The position numbers and the translations under genes were made by a program. Positions 55,061 to 64,000 of a DNA stretch of 64,000 nucleotides are shown here, in pieces. The stretch lies in the NCBI GenBank assembly GCA_964350645.1, contig CAYGJY010000002.1, positions 340,936 through 404,935 of the forward strand, read 5' to 3'. This stretch comes from an uncultured Candidatus Saccharibacteria bacterium (GTDB taxonomy: Bacteria > Patescibacteriota > Minisyncoccia > Phycocordibacterales > UBA918). The stretch's first letter is position 1, and the number at the start of each line of letters is the position of its first letter. A model generated the notes under the pieces. It searched no databases. It saw only the letters and a program-made list of their open reading frames with translations, and had not been told where the DNA came from.

Positions 55061-56344
55061 ATGCTAGACATTAAATTTATCAGAGAAAACCTAGAGATCG
55101 TCAAACTGGCGGCGACCAAAAAACACATCACGATTGACCTCGACCGTTTGATCGAAGTTGATGACACTCGGCGCGAACTGATGTCAGTGGTGGAAACTAA
55201 AAAGGCTGAACAAAACCGGGTATCAGCTGATATCGTGGCGGCAGCCGAACCGGCGATTAAACAGCAGCTTATTACTGAAATGCAGGACTTGAAAGCAGAG
55301 ATTCAAGCTGATGAAGAAAAATTAAAACCGGTGATGGAAGAGTGGCAACAGCTCATGTTACAGGTTCCAAATGTACCAGACATGTCGGTCCCAGATGGTG
55401 CGAGTGATGCTGACAACGTCGAGATAAAACGTTGGTCTCCAGAAGCAGGTGAAGGTGGTGATCCAGCAACATTTCCCTTTGAGGCGAAGGATCATATTGA
55501 GATTATGACGAAGCTCAAAATGGTTGATTTTGAACGAGGTACAAAGGTACACGGATTCCGGGGATACTACTTGCTTGGTGATGGGGCGCGACTGAGTTGG
55601 GCGATTTGGAACTACGCTCAAGAGTTTTTCACTAAGAAAGGTTTTAGCCCAATGATCCCACCGACTTTGGTGCGTAAACAAAACTTCTATGGCACCGGAC
55701 ACCTACCAAATGACGCTGAAGACCTCTATCACACACAGGATGATGATTACTTGATTGGTACCAGCGAAGTCTCAGCCATGGGGTATTACAGCGATGAAGT
55801 GCTCGATCATAGCGAATTTCCCATTAAGCACTTAGCGTTTTCACCGTGTTATCGACGTGAGGCTGGTAGTCATGGGAAAGATACGAAAGGACTCATCCGA
55901 GTGCACGAATTCTATAAAGTAGAACAGGTAGTTTTGTGTGAAGCATCTCATGAAGAAAGTGTCCGCTGGCACGAAGAGATTAACCGCAATACGGAGGAGT
56001 TTATCGAGTCGCTCCAGCTGCCGTATCACACCGTACTCAATTGCGGTGGTGATATTGGCCAAGGCCAAGTGAAGAAGTATGACATTGAACTGTGGGTGCC
56101 GCTTGAGAAGACATATCGCGAGATTAGCTCAGCGAGCTATTTTCACGATTTCCAGACACGACGGTTTAATATCCGCTATAAAGATGCTGAAGGGAAGATG
56201 CGCTACGCACACTCACTAAACTGCACAGCGATCCCGACACCACGAATTCTGGTATCACTGATCGAAAATTTCCAGCAAGCTGACGGGACAGTAAAAATCC
56301 CTGAACCACTACAGAAATACATGGGACAGGAAGTGATTGGATAA
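55061..56344 (+). CDS. serS: serine--tRNA ligase
   Basis: N-terminal coiled-coil arm (MLDIKFIRENLE…), class II motifs (…FRREAGSHGKDTKGLIRVHEF…, …GQGQVKKYDIELWVP…). Confidence 0.9.
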   Translation: MLDIKFIRENLEIVKLAATKKHITIDLDRLIEVDDTRRELMSVVETKKAEQNRVSADIVAAAEPAIKQQLITEMQDLKAEIQADEEKLKPVMEEWQQLMLQVPNVPDMSVPDGASDADNVEIKRWSPEAGEGGDPATFPFEAKDHIEIMTKLKMVDFERGTKVHGFRGYYLLGDGARLSWAIWNYAQEFFTKKGFSPMIPPTLVRKQNFYGTGHLPNDAEDLYHTQDDDYLIGTSEVSAMGYYSDEVLDHSEFPIKHLAFSPCYRREAGSHGKDTKGLIRVHEFYKVEQVVLCEASHEESVRWHEEINRNTEEFIESLQLPYHTVLNCGGDIGQGQVKKYDIELWVPLEKTYREISSASYFHDFQTRRFNIRYKDAEGKMRYAHSLNCTAIPTPRILVSLIENFQQADGTVKIPEPLQKYMGQEVIG

Positions 56345-56348
56345 AGGA

Positions 56349-56383
56349 AAAGAGCGGCGGCCCACAGGGCCGCCGCTCTTTCG
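56349..56383. terminator. rho-independent terminator after serS (gagcggcggccc-acag-gggccgccgctc + TTTCG)
   Basis: 12-bp GC stem. Confidence 0.65.
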
Positions 56384-56402
56384 TATGCTACCATTTCAGA
56401 AT

Positions 56403-57278
56403 ATGCAGTTTTTGTCACGTTTTAAACGATCAAAATCACGACTTAAAAAGCGGTCAGCTAACCCGAAGATATTTCTGATTCGTCAGATTGTGTTTGGTGT
56501 ATTGCTGCTGGCACTCTTAGCGGGTATAGGAACTGGTGTGTGGTATGGCACCCGAGTCGAGGCACTGACAATTCAATCAATTGAGATCATTGGTGGTGAA
56601 ACGGTTGATATTGAAAAAGTCAGAGTCCTAGCGGAAACTGAGCTTGTCGGTGAGTACTACCACTTAATACCAAAGCGTTTTGCTTTTACCTATCCGCGAC
56701 AAAAAATACATGAGGCCATTTTAGCGATTGATCGGGTTAAAAATGTATTGGTGGATCGCACCTCAGGCACTGACTTGGTAATCGTGTTTGAAGAGCACGC
56801 GCCGTTTGCACTATGGTGTGAACATATTGACTCCAAGGAGTGCCTTTTCTTGGATCGTCAGGCGTTTGCGTTTGGTTTAGCACCTAAACTACAAGGTGGC
56901 GCTTTTTTACGCTTCAGTGAGACTGGCGTCGTACCACAAAAAGATCAGGTGGCTTTTTCGGCTGAGTTTATCCAAAGCACCACTGCGTTTATCGAACAGG
57001 TTTATGCGACTCTCGGACTCAATATTATTCACGTAGAAAAAACCTCAGATGAAGAGTTGGTGTACTACCTTGCAGGCGGCGGTACATTAAAAGTGAGCGG
57101 CCGTCTGTCGCTGGAAGACACTCTGGAGAATTTGACTACAATTTTGACCTCAGAAGCCTTTGATCATCTTGAACCTGGAAACTTTCAATATATAGATCTA
57201 CGCTACGGCAATAAAGTATTTGTGAATGAGGAGTTGGAGAGTGAGGTGAGTACTAGCACAGCTTCTACGACAAATTAA
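56403..57278 (+). CDS. ftsQ: FtsQ/DivIB-like cell division protein (TM anchor + POTRA domain)
   Basis: Basic N-terminus, one TM helix (IVFGVLLLALLAGIG), POTRA-like …IQSIEIIGGETVDIEKVRV…DRVKNVLVDRTSGTDLVIVFEEHAPFALW…. ATG at 56403 or 56385; the track start overlaps serS. Confidence 0.55.
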   Translation: MQFLSRFKRSKSRLKKRSANPKIFLIRQIVFGVLLLALLAGIGTGVWYGTRVEALTIQSIEIIGGETVDIEKVRVLAETELVGEYYHLIPKRFAFTYPRQKIHEAILAIDRVKNVLVDRTSGTDLVIVFEEHAPFALWCEHIDSKECLFLDRQAFAFGLAPKLQGGAFLRFSETGVVPQKDQVAFSAEFIQSTTAFIEQVYATLGLNIIHVEKTSDEELVYYLAGGGTLKVSGRLSLEDTLENLTTILTSEAFDHLEPGNFQYIDLRYGNKVFVNEELESEVSTSTASTTN

Positions 57279-57318
57279 ATAATTGAATTTATAGGCTAGT
57301 GTTATATAGTTCATAAAT

Positions 57319-57786
57319 ATGGAAGCTCCAGAAAAAGCAAAAAATTTTTGTATTGAAGAAAAAAAAGAGCTAAAGTACGACTCTCTTGGAGAAGGGTACC
57401 GATTGTTCAGTTATGATATTTCTTATCCTGACAGCGATGTGAAGGGTCATGTTGAAATTGGCTATACGAAAAATCCTGATCGAGTTGATAAATCAGTCTA
57501 TGCTAGAGCTCTTGAAGATTTTCCTGAGGCTGAGCAGATGCCGCTAGCGCATCTGAATATTTTTCGAGCAAATGGTCGAGGTTACGAAGCGCGTGGAGCA
57601 GATGAGGATGATATGAGACAAGGAAGAGGAACGGAATTATTGCGTTTTGCTATGGAAGAAGCCAGACAAGCGGGTGCTGTTGCAATGTATGTTTTCCATT
57701 CAGGGCCTTATATGGCGGGATTTTTAGATAAACATGGTTTTGACGCTATTGGTAAATTTTATTGCTATAAAAAACTGACTAATTAA
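57319..57786 (+). CDS. GNAT-family N-acetyltransferase-like protein (tentative)
   Basis: RQGRGTELLRFAMEEARQAGA resembles GNAT motif A (Q/R-x-x-G-x-G/A). Confidence 0.4.
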   Translation: MEAPEKAKNFCIEEKKELKYDSLGEGYRLFSYDISYPDSDVKGHVEIGYTKNPDRVDKSVYARALEDFPEAEQMPLAHLNIFRANGRGYEARGADEDDMRQGRGTELLRFAMEEARQAGAVAMYVFHSGPYMAGFLDKHGFDAIGKFYCYKKLTN

Positions 57787-57787
57787 T

Positions 57788-58882
57788 ATGAATTTCTGGC
57801 AAGAACTAAAAAAGCCTTTTGTGGTAGTGGCGCCGATGGCTGATGTCACCGACGCACCATTTCGCCGGATGATTGCTAAGTACTCGGCGCATACGCGGCA
57901 GGATGGTTCTGTTGGTGGTCCCGACGTGATGTGGACGGAGTTCGTGGCGGCTGATGGTCTGATGCGCGCCACACCAGAAGGGAAGGCGAAGTTGATGGCT
58001 GATTTGATCTACAGTGAAGAAGAGCGTCCAATTGTAGCTCAGCTTTTTTCGAGTACGCCGGAGTATATGGAAGCAGCGGCCCGACTTTGCCGCGAGCTTG
58101 GTTTTGATGGGGTAGATATTAATATGGGCTGCCCCGATAAGACAATCGAAAAGCAGGGTTGTGGCTCGGCAATGATCAAGACGCCTGAGGTGGCACAGGC
58201 AGTGATCCGAGCCGCTAAGGCAGGAGCGAACACGGGCGAAGTAGATGGCATCCCTGTTAGTGTGAAGACACGCCTGGGGTATAACACCGATGAGCTTGAA
58301 GCGTGGCTGCCGGCGATTCTGAAAGAATCGCCGGCAGCCGTTACGTTGCACGCCCGGATTCGAAAAGACATGAGTAAGGTACCAGCCCGCTGGGAGCGTA
58401 TCGCACGAGCCGTAGAGATCAGAGATGCGATTGCGCCAGAAGTAAAGATCCTCGGTAACGGAGATGTGCTGAGTCTCGAAGACGCCTATGAAAAATTGGC
58501 GAAGTCAGGAGCCGATGGGGCGATGGTGGGACGAGCTCTCTTTGGCAACCCGTGGTTTTTTCATCCCGAACGTTCACTACCAACAAAACTGACCGCATTG
58601 CCAACACACGGCGTCAATCGTGACACGATCATTACAGAAGATACTAGTAATAACACTATTGAATATGTTGGTTTGCCCGAGCGACTGTCAGTGATGGTAG
58701 AACATACGAAGTTGTTTGTTGAGTTGTTGCCATTTAAGAATTTTTCCGTGATGAAGAAGCACTACAAAGCCTACGTGAACGGCTTCCCGGGAGCGGCTGA
58801 GCTTCGTGGTCAGCTTATGGAAGCACATACTCCAGAAGAAGTAGAAGGGCTTGTCCACGATTTTTTGAACAAAGTAGCGTAA
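57788..58882 (+). CDS. dus: tRNA-dihydrouridine synthase
   Basis: VVAPMADVTDAPFRRM… TIM-barrel flavoprotein start, …INMGCP… catalytic Cys. Confidence 0.8.
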   Translation: MNFWQELKKPFVVVAPMADVTDAPFRRMIAKYSAHTRQDGSVGGPDVMWTEFVAADGLMRATPEGKAKLMADLIYSEEERPIVAQLFSSTPEYMEAAARLCRELGFDGVDINMGCPDKTIEKQGCGSAMIKTPEVAQAVIRAAKAGANTGEVDGIPVSVKTRLGYNTDELEAWLPAILKESPAAVTLHARIRKDMSKVPARWERIARAVEIRDAIAPEVKILGNGDVLSLEDAYEKLAKSGADGAMVGRALFGNPWFFHPERSLPTKLTALPTHGVNRDTIITEDTSNNTIEYVGLPERLSVMVEHTKLFVELLPFKNFSVMKKHYKAYVNGFPGAAELRGQLMEAHTPEEVEGLVHDFLNKVA

Positions 58883-58901
58883 GTTTGTTACACTTACAGG
58901 A

Positions 58902-59186
58902 ATGACCGAAGTATTGCATGCAAATATATTTTTTGTTATCACCTCCATCGCAGTGGTGGTGCTGACTCTTTTAGTATGTGTTCTTCTGTACCACGTCATT
59001 AAAATTATTAAGTCGGTCCGTCGGATCGTCGAGCGTGTTGAAGCTGGCAGTGAAGTGTTAGCTGAAGATTTAGAGGATATTCGAGCCAGTTTAAATCCGA
59101 CTCGGATTTTCCAGTTTGTGCTTCAGCTACTGCCATTTGATATTCCGATGCCACGGGCCCGACGTAAACAGTCAGACGAAGAATAA
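58902..59186 (+). CDS. hypothetical small membrane protein
   Basis: 94 aa, one TM helix (IFFVITSIAVVVLTLLVCVLLY). Confidence 0.4.
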   Translation: MTEVLHANIFFVITSIAVVVLTLLVCVLLYHVIKIIKSVRRIVERVEAGSEVLAEDLEDIRASLNPTRIFQFVLQLLPFDIPMPRARRKQSDEE

Positions 59187-59195
59187 ATAATAATT

Positions 59196-59681
59196 ATGGC
59201 AACTAAAAAAACCCCAAAGAAGAGTAAGAGTTTATCAGCTGCAGATAAGGTTAGTATCGGTGTGGGGCTCACTGCTGCAGCGGTGACAGCTGCCGGTGCG
59301 TATTTCCTCTATGGTAGCAAGGATGCTAAATCAAATCGCGCTAAAGTAAAAAGCTGGATGTTGAAAGCCAAAGCTGAAGTGCTAGAAACACTTGAGCAAG
59401 CAGAAAACATGACCAAGTCTGAGTACGATGCTCTTATTGAGACAGTCGCTAAAAGTTACGCTGGTCTTAAAGAGGCAAGCAAAGTAGACATCAGTAATTT
59501 CCGCAAAGAGATGAAAGAGCACTGGCCGATGATTGAGAAGGAAGGGAAACAAGCCTTCGCTGTCGTTGAAAAGACGGTAAAGAATTTTACGACTAAGAAA
59601 AAGCCAGCCAAGAAAGCTGTAAAGAAAACAGCTAAAAAAGCTGCAAAAAAAGCTACTAAGAAAGCAGCAAAAAAAGCTTAG
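59196..59681 (+). CDS. hypothetical membrane-anchored protein with histone-H1-like Lys/Ala-rich C-terminal tail
   Basis: One TM (VSIGVGLTAAAVTAAGAYFLY). Tail TKKKPAKKAVKKTAKKAAKKATKKAAKKA. Confidence 0.5.
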   Translation: MATKKTPKKSKSLSAADKVSIGVGLTAAAVTAAGAYFLYGSKDAKSNRAKVKSWMLKAKAEVLETLEQAENMTKSEYDALIETVAKSYAGLKEASKVDISNFRKEMKEHWPMIEKEGKQAFAVVEKTVKNFTTKKKPAKKAVKKTAKKAAKKATKKAAKKA

Positions 59682-59708
59682 TAAGTCACTTTTACACAGA
59701 GAACAGAA

Positions 59709-59740
59709 CAGGCGCATCCTTCGGATGCGCCTGTTGCGTT
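59709..59740. terminator. hairpin terminator (caggcgcatcc-ttc-ggatgcgcctg)
   Basis: 11-bp stem. Weak T tract (ttgcgtt). Confidence 0.45.
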
Positions 59741-59751
59741 ATGATTGTCAG

Positions 59752-60603
59752 ATGCCATCGCTTCACCGTCATATTGTTTCTGGATTATTGGTGTGTGGAA
59801 TGGTCATGCTACTGGCGACCGTGCTTGATTGGTTGCAACCAACGCCAGATGAAACACAGCCGGCGTACTTGATCCAGGTAGAGACTCTGCCAGCGGTGAC
59901 GGCACAAAGTTGGTTGATATTCGATGTTCTTGACGGTACTGTCCTTGCTAGTCAGCAGGCAGATGAGCAGGTACCAATTGCGTCGGTTACCAAATTATTT
60001 ACTGCGGCTGCGTTTCGTGATCATTTTGACCTGGCGGCGACACAGACTGTTAGTTACGCAGACATCGTTACTGAAGGGCGGGCAGGGAAATTACAGGTGG
60101 GCGAGGTCTACTCGGCGCGTGAGCTTTTGTTTCCGTTACTACTTGAATCTTCTAATGATGCTGCAGCGGTGTTACTTCGTGAACAACCGGAGTTACTAGT
60201 CTATATGGAGGAGTTGTCAAAAGAGCTAGGTCTCGCACAGACAACCTTTGCTGATACTTCGGGTTTATCTGACGGTAATCTTTCCAGCGCAAGTGACCTG
60301 GGTGTTCTACTGCGCTATCTTCAGACTGACCAACCACACATCCTTGATATCACTCGGCTGCCCGACTACTACAGTGCCGCCAACGGCTGGTTTAATTCTA
60401 GTCCATTTGTAGGAGCAGCAGACTATCGTGGTGGTAAACACGGTTATACTTTCGAAGCGAATCGTACAGCGGCCGTTATGTTCACAGAGCAATTTATTGG
60501 TGGAGATCGTCTTGTGGGCTACATACTCCTTGGCAGTGATGATTTGCAGGCTGACATGGCGATACTCCGGTCTTTTGTTCGCGAAACTGTCTCGTATCAG
60601 TAA
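59752..60603 (+). CDS. serine-type D-Ala-D-Ala carboxypeptidase (peptidase S11 / PBP5-like), membrane-anchored
   Basis: SxxK (ASVTKLFTA) and SxN (LESSNDAA) boxes. N-terminal anchor. Confidence 0.55.
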   Translation: MPSLHRHIVSGLLVCGMVMLLATVLDWLQPTPDETQPAYLIQVETLPAVTAQSWLIFDVLDGTVLASQQADEQVPIASVTKLFTAAAFRDHFDLAATQTVSYADIVTEGRAGKLQVGEVYSARELLFPLLLESSNDAAAVLLREQPELLVYMEELSKELGLAQTTFADTSGLSDGNLSSASDLGVLLRYLQTDQPHILDITRLPDYYSAANGWFNSSPFVGAADYRGGKHGYTFEANRTAAVMFTEQFIGGDRLVGYILLGSDDLQADMAILRSFVRETVSYQ

Positions 60604-60621
60604 TCTGGTATACTAGCGACT

Positions 60622-61662
60622 ATGAGTGAAATGACGACCGCCCTGTACCGGAAATACCGGCCAGCAACATTTGCTGAGGTACAAGACCAAGATCATATTG
60701 TATCGGTTCTTGAAGGAGCGATTACAAAAGATGCGATCCCGCACGCACTGTTATTTTGCGGTGGACGAGGAACGGGGAAGACAACACTCGCACGTATTTT
60801 CGCTCGTGAGATCGGCACCAGTGATGTTGATTTATATGAGATCGACGCCGCAAGCAATCGTGGGATTGATGATATCCGCGAACTGAAAGAGGCGGTACAT
60901 ACTATGCCGTATGAATCGAAGCGTAAGGTGTACATTATCGATGAGGTACATATGCTTACTAAAGAAGCGTTTAATGCACTCCTGAAGACGCTTGAAGAGC
61001 CACCGGCGCACGTGGTGTTTATCCTTGCAACCACTGAAGAAGAGAAGCTCCTTGATACGATTACTTCCCGCTGCCAGGTGTTTACCTTTCGAAGTCCATC
61101 GCGAGCGGTATTGGCAAAGACTGTTACGGCTGTCGCTAAAAAAGAGGGATTTACTTTGAAAAAAGAAGCAGCGGATCTGATTGCTATCGCCGCTGATGGT
61201 TCGTTTCGTGATGCTCTTGGAGTGACACAGAAAGTCATCTTAGCTTCGGGTGATGAGATTGGGGAAGCAGACGAAGTGGCGACTATTATCGGTGCGCCAA
61301 AATCTTCGATTTTGGCGCACCTCATGACCGCCCTCCACGACAAGAACACCGCTGACGCTCTGGCTGCTGTTGCCGAAGCAACTGCCAATCACACCGATAT
61401 GAAAATATTTGTGCGACTTCTTCTCGAGCGCGTGCGCGCCGTGATGTTGCTGCGAAACGCACCAGCCCGGAGTGAGGCAATCCTCAGTAATTTCAGTGAA
61501 ACTGACCAAGAGCAACTAAAAACATTGGCTGAAGACAAAACCTCTGCGATCAACTCGCACCTTCTCATGAAGCTACTTGACGCTGCTCCACAGGTCGGCA
61601 AAACAGCCATAGCGGAACTACCCGTTGAACTGGTGATAATTCAGCACTGCACTGCTGAATAA
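60622..61662 (+). CDS. dnaX: DNA polymerase III subunit gamma/tau (short form)
   Basis: …HALLFCGGRGTGKTTLARIFA… Walker A, …IIDEVHMLT… Walker B, sensor motifs. 346 aa. Confidence 0.85.
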   Translation: MSEMTTALYRKYRPATFAEVQDQDHIVSVLEGAITKDAIPHALLFCGGRGTGKTTLARIFAREIGTSDVDLYEIDAASNRGIDDIRELKEAVHTMPYESKRKVYIIDEVHMLTKEAFNALLKTLEEPPAHVVFILATTEEEKLLDTITSRCQVFTFRSPSRAVLAKTVTAVAKKEGFTLKKEAADLIAIAADGSFRDALGVTQKVILASGDEIGEADEVATIIGAPKSSILAHLMTALHDKNTADALAAVAEATANHTDMKIFVRLLLERVRAVMLLRNAPARSEAILSNFSETDQEQLKTLAEDKTSAINSHLLMKLLDAAPQVGKTAIAELPVELVIIQHCTAE

Positions 61663-61665
61663 TCT

Positions 61666-62286
61666 ATGGAGATTTTTTTACTACGTCATGGGCAGACAAG
61701 TGCCAATCGCCAGCGTGTGCACCAGGCACTCGATACTCCTCTCGATGTAATTGGTTGGAGTGAGAGTGAGCGTGTCGCAGATCGGCTTCGGGTCCATGAA
61801 CCAACTTTGTTGTTGTCGAGTCCGGTGGCTCGAGCCTATGAGACAGCAGAGATTCTGGCTACTCGATTACAACTAAGAGTAGAATCCTGGCCCGAACTGG
61901 CTGAGCTTACACATCCAGCTTCGATTGTCGGATTAAAGCACGCAAGTCCCAAAGTCCTGTGGTATATGTGGCGGTGGTTTACGAGGCGGTCAGCGAGTAG
62001 TTTTGCCGGACAAGAAGGAGAATCACTCGCCAATTTCTTTGCTCGGATCAAGTCGGTCCAGGCTCGACTTGAAGATCTCCCTGTAAATGGGCGCGTGGTG
62101 GTAGTTACGCACTCAGTCTTTATCATCTTCTTTCTCTTACACTTGCAGCGGTCTCGGCCCGTGCCAGTGTGGCGGGCGTTGATAGTTTTATGTAAGGTTA
62201 CACACCTTAAAAACAGCAGTATCACACGTCTCTACTACGCGCAGGATGAAACTACGGGTGAGGGTAGTTGGGAGTTCTTGCGGTAG
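61666..62286 (+). CDS. histidine phosphatase family protein (phosphoglycerate-mutase-like)
   Basis: LLRHGQTSAN catalytic RHG motif. …VVVTHS… second His. Confidence 0.55.
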   Translation: MEIFLLRHGQTSANRQRVHQALDTPLDVIGWSESERVADRLRVHEPTLLLSSPVARAYETAEILATRLQLRVESWPELAELTHPASIVGLKHASPKVLWYMWRWFTRRSASSFAGQEGESLANFFARIKSVQARLEDLPVNGRVVVVTHSVFIIFFLLHLQRSRPVPVWRALIVLCKVTHLKNSSITRLYYAQDETTGEGSWEFLR

Positions 62287-62479
62287 CGCCTTGAATCTTT
62301 GCCAATTTCTGGCAAGATGTAGCACACTCACCAGAGTGTTGAAGAAGAGAAAACAAAGATCCCTTGCCGCTTAAATAGTGTGGGACACTATTTAAGAAGG
62401 TTGCCAGGTATTTTGAAAAAATATCGACAACCTGAACAGATTCTGTAAGAATTCGTCTAATGGTCAAATATAGATCCCT

Positions 62480-62550
62480 TGCCGGATCGTCTAATGGTAG
62501 GACTACGGTTTCTGGTGCCGTCTATCGGGGTTCGAGTCCCTGTCCGGCAG
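62480..62550 (+). tRNA. tRNA-Gln (anticodon CTG)
   Basis: TGCCGGA-TC-GTCTAATGGTAGGAC-T-ACGGT-TTCTGGT-GCCGT-CTATC-GGGGTTCGAGTCCCTG-TCCGGCA-G. U1:A72 and G73 as in E. coli tRNA-Gln. Confidence 0.8.
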
Positions 62551-62560
62551 CTCTTAGCAT

Positions 62561-62589
62561 AAAACACCCGTTCAGGGTGTTTTTGCTTT
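62561..62589 (+). terminator. rho-independent terminator downstream of tRNA-Gln (aaaacaccc-gttca-gggtgtttt + TGCTTT)
   Basis: 9-bp stem plus T-rich tail. Confidence 0.55.
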
Positions 62590-62700
62590 AGAGCTGCCAG
62601 GAAGCAAGGTGTGGGACACCTTGCGTCAGGGGCTCGAAGCCGTTGACTACGATTTTGAAGTATGAAAAATCGTGACAACGGATACTGCTCGTGTAACGAG

Positions 62701-62718
62701 AGAGTATCCCTGTCCGGC
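62701..62718 (+). repeat. direct repeat of the tRNA-Gln 3' end (13/13 identity TCCCTGTCCGGCA; 17/18 with one indel), putative att-like site
   Basis: Identical to 62537-62549 (last 13 nt of tRNA-Gln), about 155 bp downstream. Followed by AT-rich DNA. Confidence 0.5.
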
Positions 62719-63002
62719 AATAGTATCCATGTAAAATATAAATAGTTGCTGACCCCATTTACATCAAATAAAGCGATATAGTGAATTAGTAGCGAGTTCA
62801 CTTTTTCAAAAATAAAGAAAAAATAGGGCTAAGAAAGTGGGTTTATTAGAACCCACGCTTCAAAAGTTTGACAGCGATATTGGTGGTGGTAAAATTCAAC
62901 CTAGTTCGTGTTCAATTCTAAAATATGCGGCTTAAAACAAGGAGTATACTTTAGTATTGAAAGAACTTGAACAACTTTGAATTATAAATCATTTATAACA
63001 CT

Positions 63003-63593
63003 ATGGAAAAAATTGATTCACTAAGCATTAAAGAAAAAATCCGTCAGGCGGAAGAGAGTGTTGCGGACATGAAGGATGAGACACTAAAGAAAATCGCATT
63101 CGAAACAGTGCTTGCACAAATGCTTTCTGCCGGTGTCGCAACATCTGCATCTAAAAATTCCACCAAAACAAGGGATGGAAAAAAGAAGGCTTCTCCAAAA
63201 CGTTCGGAAAAGACAAAAAGTGTTCCTGAGAAAGTTTCTTCACTTGACCTAAATATGGAACAACTTAAGCAACTAAAAGAGTTCTACGATGCTCAAGCAC
63301 CAGATGGTACGGAGTCAGTGGTATTTACTCTGGCATATTTCATTCATGAGAATTTGTCTCTGAAGCATTTCCATGTGGCTGATATACACGTAATCTATCA
63401 GAACCTTCTGCCGCTGAAGCCTAATACTAGACCGCCTGCTATGTCTATTGATGAAATCAAACGTGCTGTGCGTTGGCTGGTCGCTCCGAGTAGAAAAAAA
63501 CAATGGATTAAAGATGTGGGAGAAGGTATGTATGAGGTCAGTCCACAAGGAATGCTTCGAATGACTTATGAATCTAAGAAAGCTAAGGAATAA
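63003..63593 (+). CDS. hypothetical protein (AT-rich island)
   Basis: 196-aa ORF with a Lys/Ser-rich middle. No motif recognised. Confidence 0.5.
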   Translation: MEKIDSLSIKEKIRQAEESVADMKDETLKKIAFETVLAQMLSAGVATSASKNSTKTRDGKKKASPKRSEKTKSVPEKVSSLDLNMEQLKQLKEFYDAQAPDGTESVVFTLAYFIHENLSLKHFHVADIHVIYQNLLPLKPNTRPPAMSIDEIKRAVRWLVAPSRKKQWIKDVGEGMYEVSPQGMLRMTYESKKAKE

Positions 63594-63598
63594 TACAT

Positions 63599-64000
63599 AT
63601 GGTTAAGTCAACTATAAAACTTGAGAATGGAACTCTCATCACTGTTGAAGGTACTGTCGAGGACGTTGCTAAGTTAATAAATATCTACGGTAGTCATGGT
63701 TCTGTACAACCAACAGAGGAAAACAAAAATGCTACTACTCATGATGTAGGCGATAGCGATAAAATGGACACTATAGCATTAGTCAACGCTACGAAGGATT
63801 CCGAATACTATGAGGGAATCGAAAAACATATCCTTGATAAAGCGGGTCAAGTAGACAGAGTACTACTGCCATTATTTATTGCAGAGATAAAGTTTGGAGC
63901 TGATGCATCTTTGACCTCTAATGGCGTGTATAAATTTCTAAAAGAGTTTGGAATAAATATGGCTTTGCCAAATATATCCAAAACCCTAAGTGGTCCCGCA
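63599..64000 (+). CDS. hypothetical protein, 3'-truncated at window edge
   Basis: ATG at 63599 (MVKSTIKLENGTL…) open to the end of the window. Confidence 0.4.
   Translation, partial: MVKSTIKLENGTLITVEGTVEDVAKLINIYGSHGSVQPTEENKNATTHDVGDSDKMDTIALVNATKDSEYYEGIEKHILDKAGQVDRVLLPLFIAEIKFGADASLTSNGVYKFLKEFGINMALPNISKTLSGPA

Noticed and set aside
62590-62645. SRP (4.5S) RNA-like motifs GGAAGCA and GUCAGG flanking the gcaaggtgt-ggg-acaccttgc hairpin
   Set aside because: In genuine bacterial SRP domain IV the GUCAGG element precedes the apical loop and AGCAGCC follows it. Here the order is reversed, and the rest of the conserved helix-8 sequence is absent.
1-64000. CRISPR arrays, rRNA, RNase P RNA, tmRNA, transposases
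   Set aside because: No repeat-spacer periodicity was found. RNase P boxes such as AGGAAAGUCCGG and the tmRNA tag-reading frame were not seen in the intergenic regions scanned. No DDE transposase motifs appear in any ORF.

Overview
The window reads as a small, reduced bacterial chromosome segment resembling Candidate Phyla Radiation / Saccharibacteria (inference). Supporting points: a short 499-aa IF2, a 346-aa DnaX, a 514-aa Rel without an ACT domain, many orphan hypotheticals, and VirB2-like pilin paralogs. Core genes are interleaved with accessory DNA.

Core genes called from motifs in the ORF track:
- glmS (5'-truncated), gloA-like glyoxalase, trxB.
- ftsZ-ftsA, ybeY, rpsU, a HisRS-like gene, lepB, pth, rpsA.
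- gyrA, rbfA-infB, a class V cysteine desulfurase, clpB.
- miaA, parB, rel, topA, dprA, serS, an ftsQ-like gene, dus, dnaX.

Ten tRNA genes were folded by hand: Glu, Cys, Leu x3, Lys, Tyr, Gly, Gln (none encode CCA).

Accessory content:
1. A tandem array of six small two-helix secreted/membrane 'T4SS-pilin-like' (TrbC/VirB2-like) paralogs at 22.2-24.6 kb.
2. Two further copies of that pilin-like N-terminus fused to cell-wall hydrolase domains, an SLT lytic transglycosylase and an M15/LAS-type metallopeptidase, at 44.8-46.7 kb.
3. A two-gene minus-strand cassette with moderately elevated GC (unknown soluble protein plus polytopic membrane protein) at 24.7-26.4 kb.
4. An AT-rich integrative element of about 9.7 kb (roughly 34.99-44.70 kb). 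It ends at tRNA-Tyr with a large serine recombinase and carries a 1265-aa protein of unknown function plus about nine other orphan ORFs.
5. A second likely integration hotspot at tRNA-Gln (62.3-64.0 kb), with short direct repeats of both tRNA ends and paired GTGT-GGG-ACAC hairpins.

No CRISPR array, rRNA or recognisable transposase was seen. Manually derived coordinates may be off by 1-2 nt.
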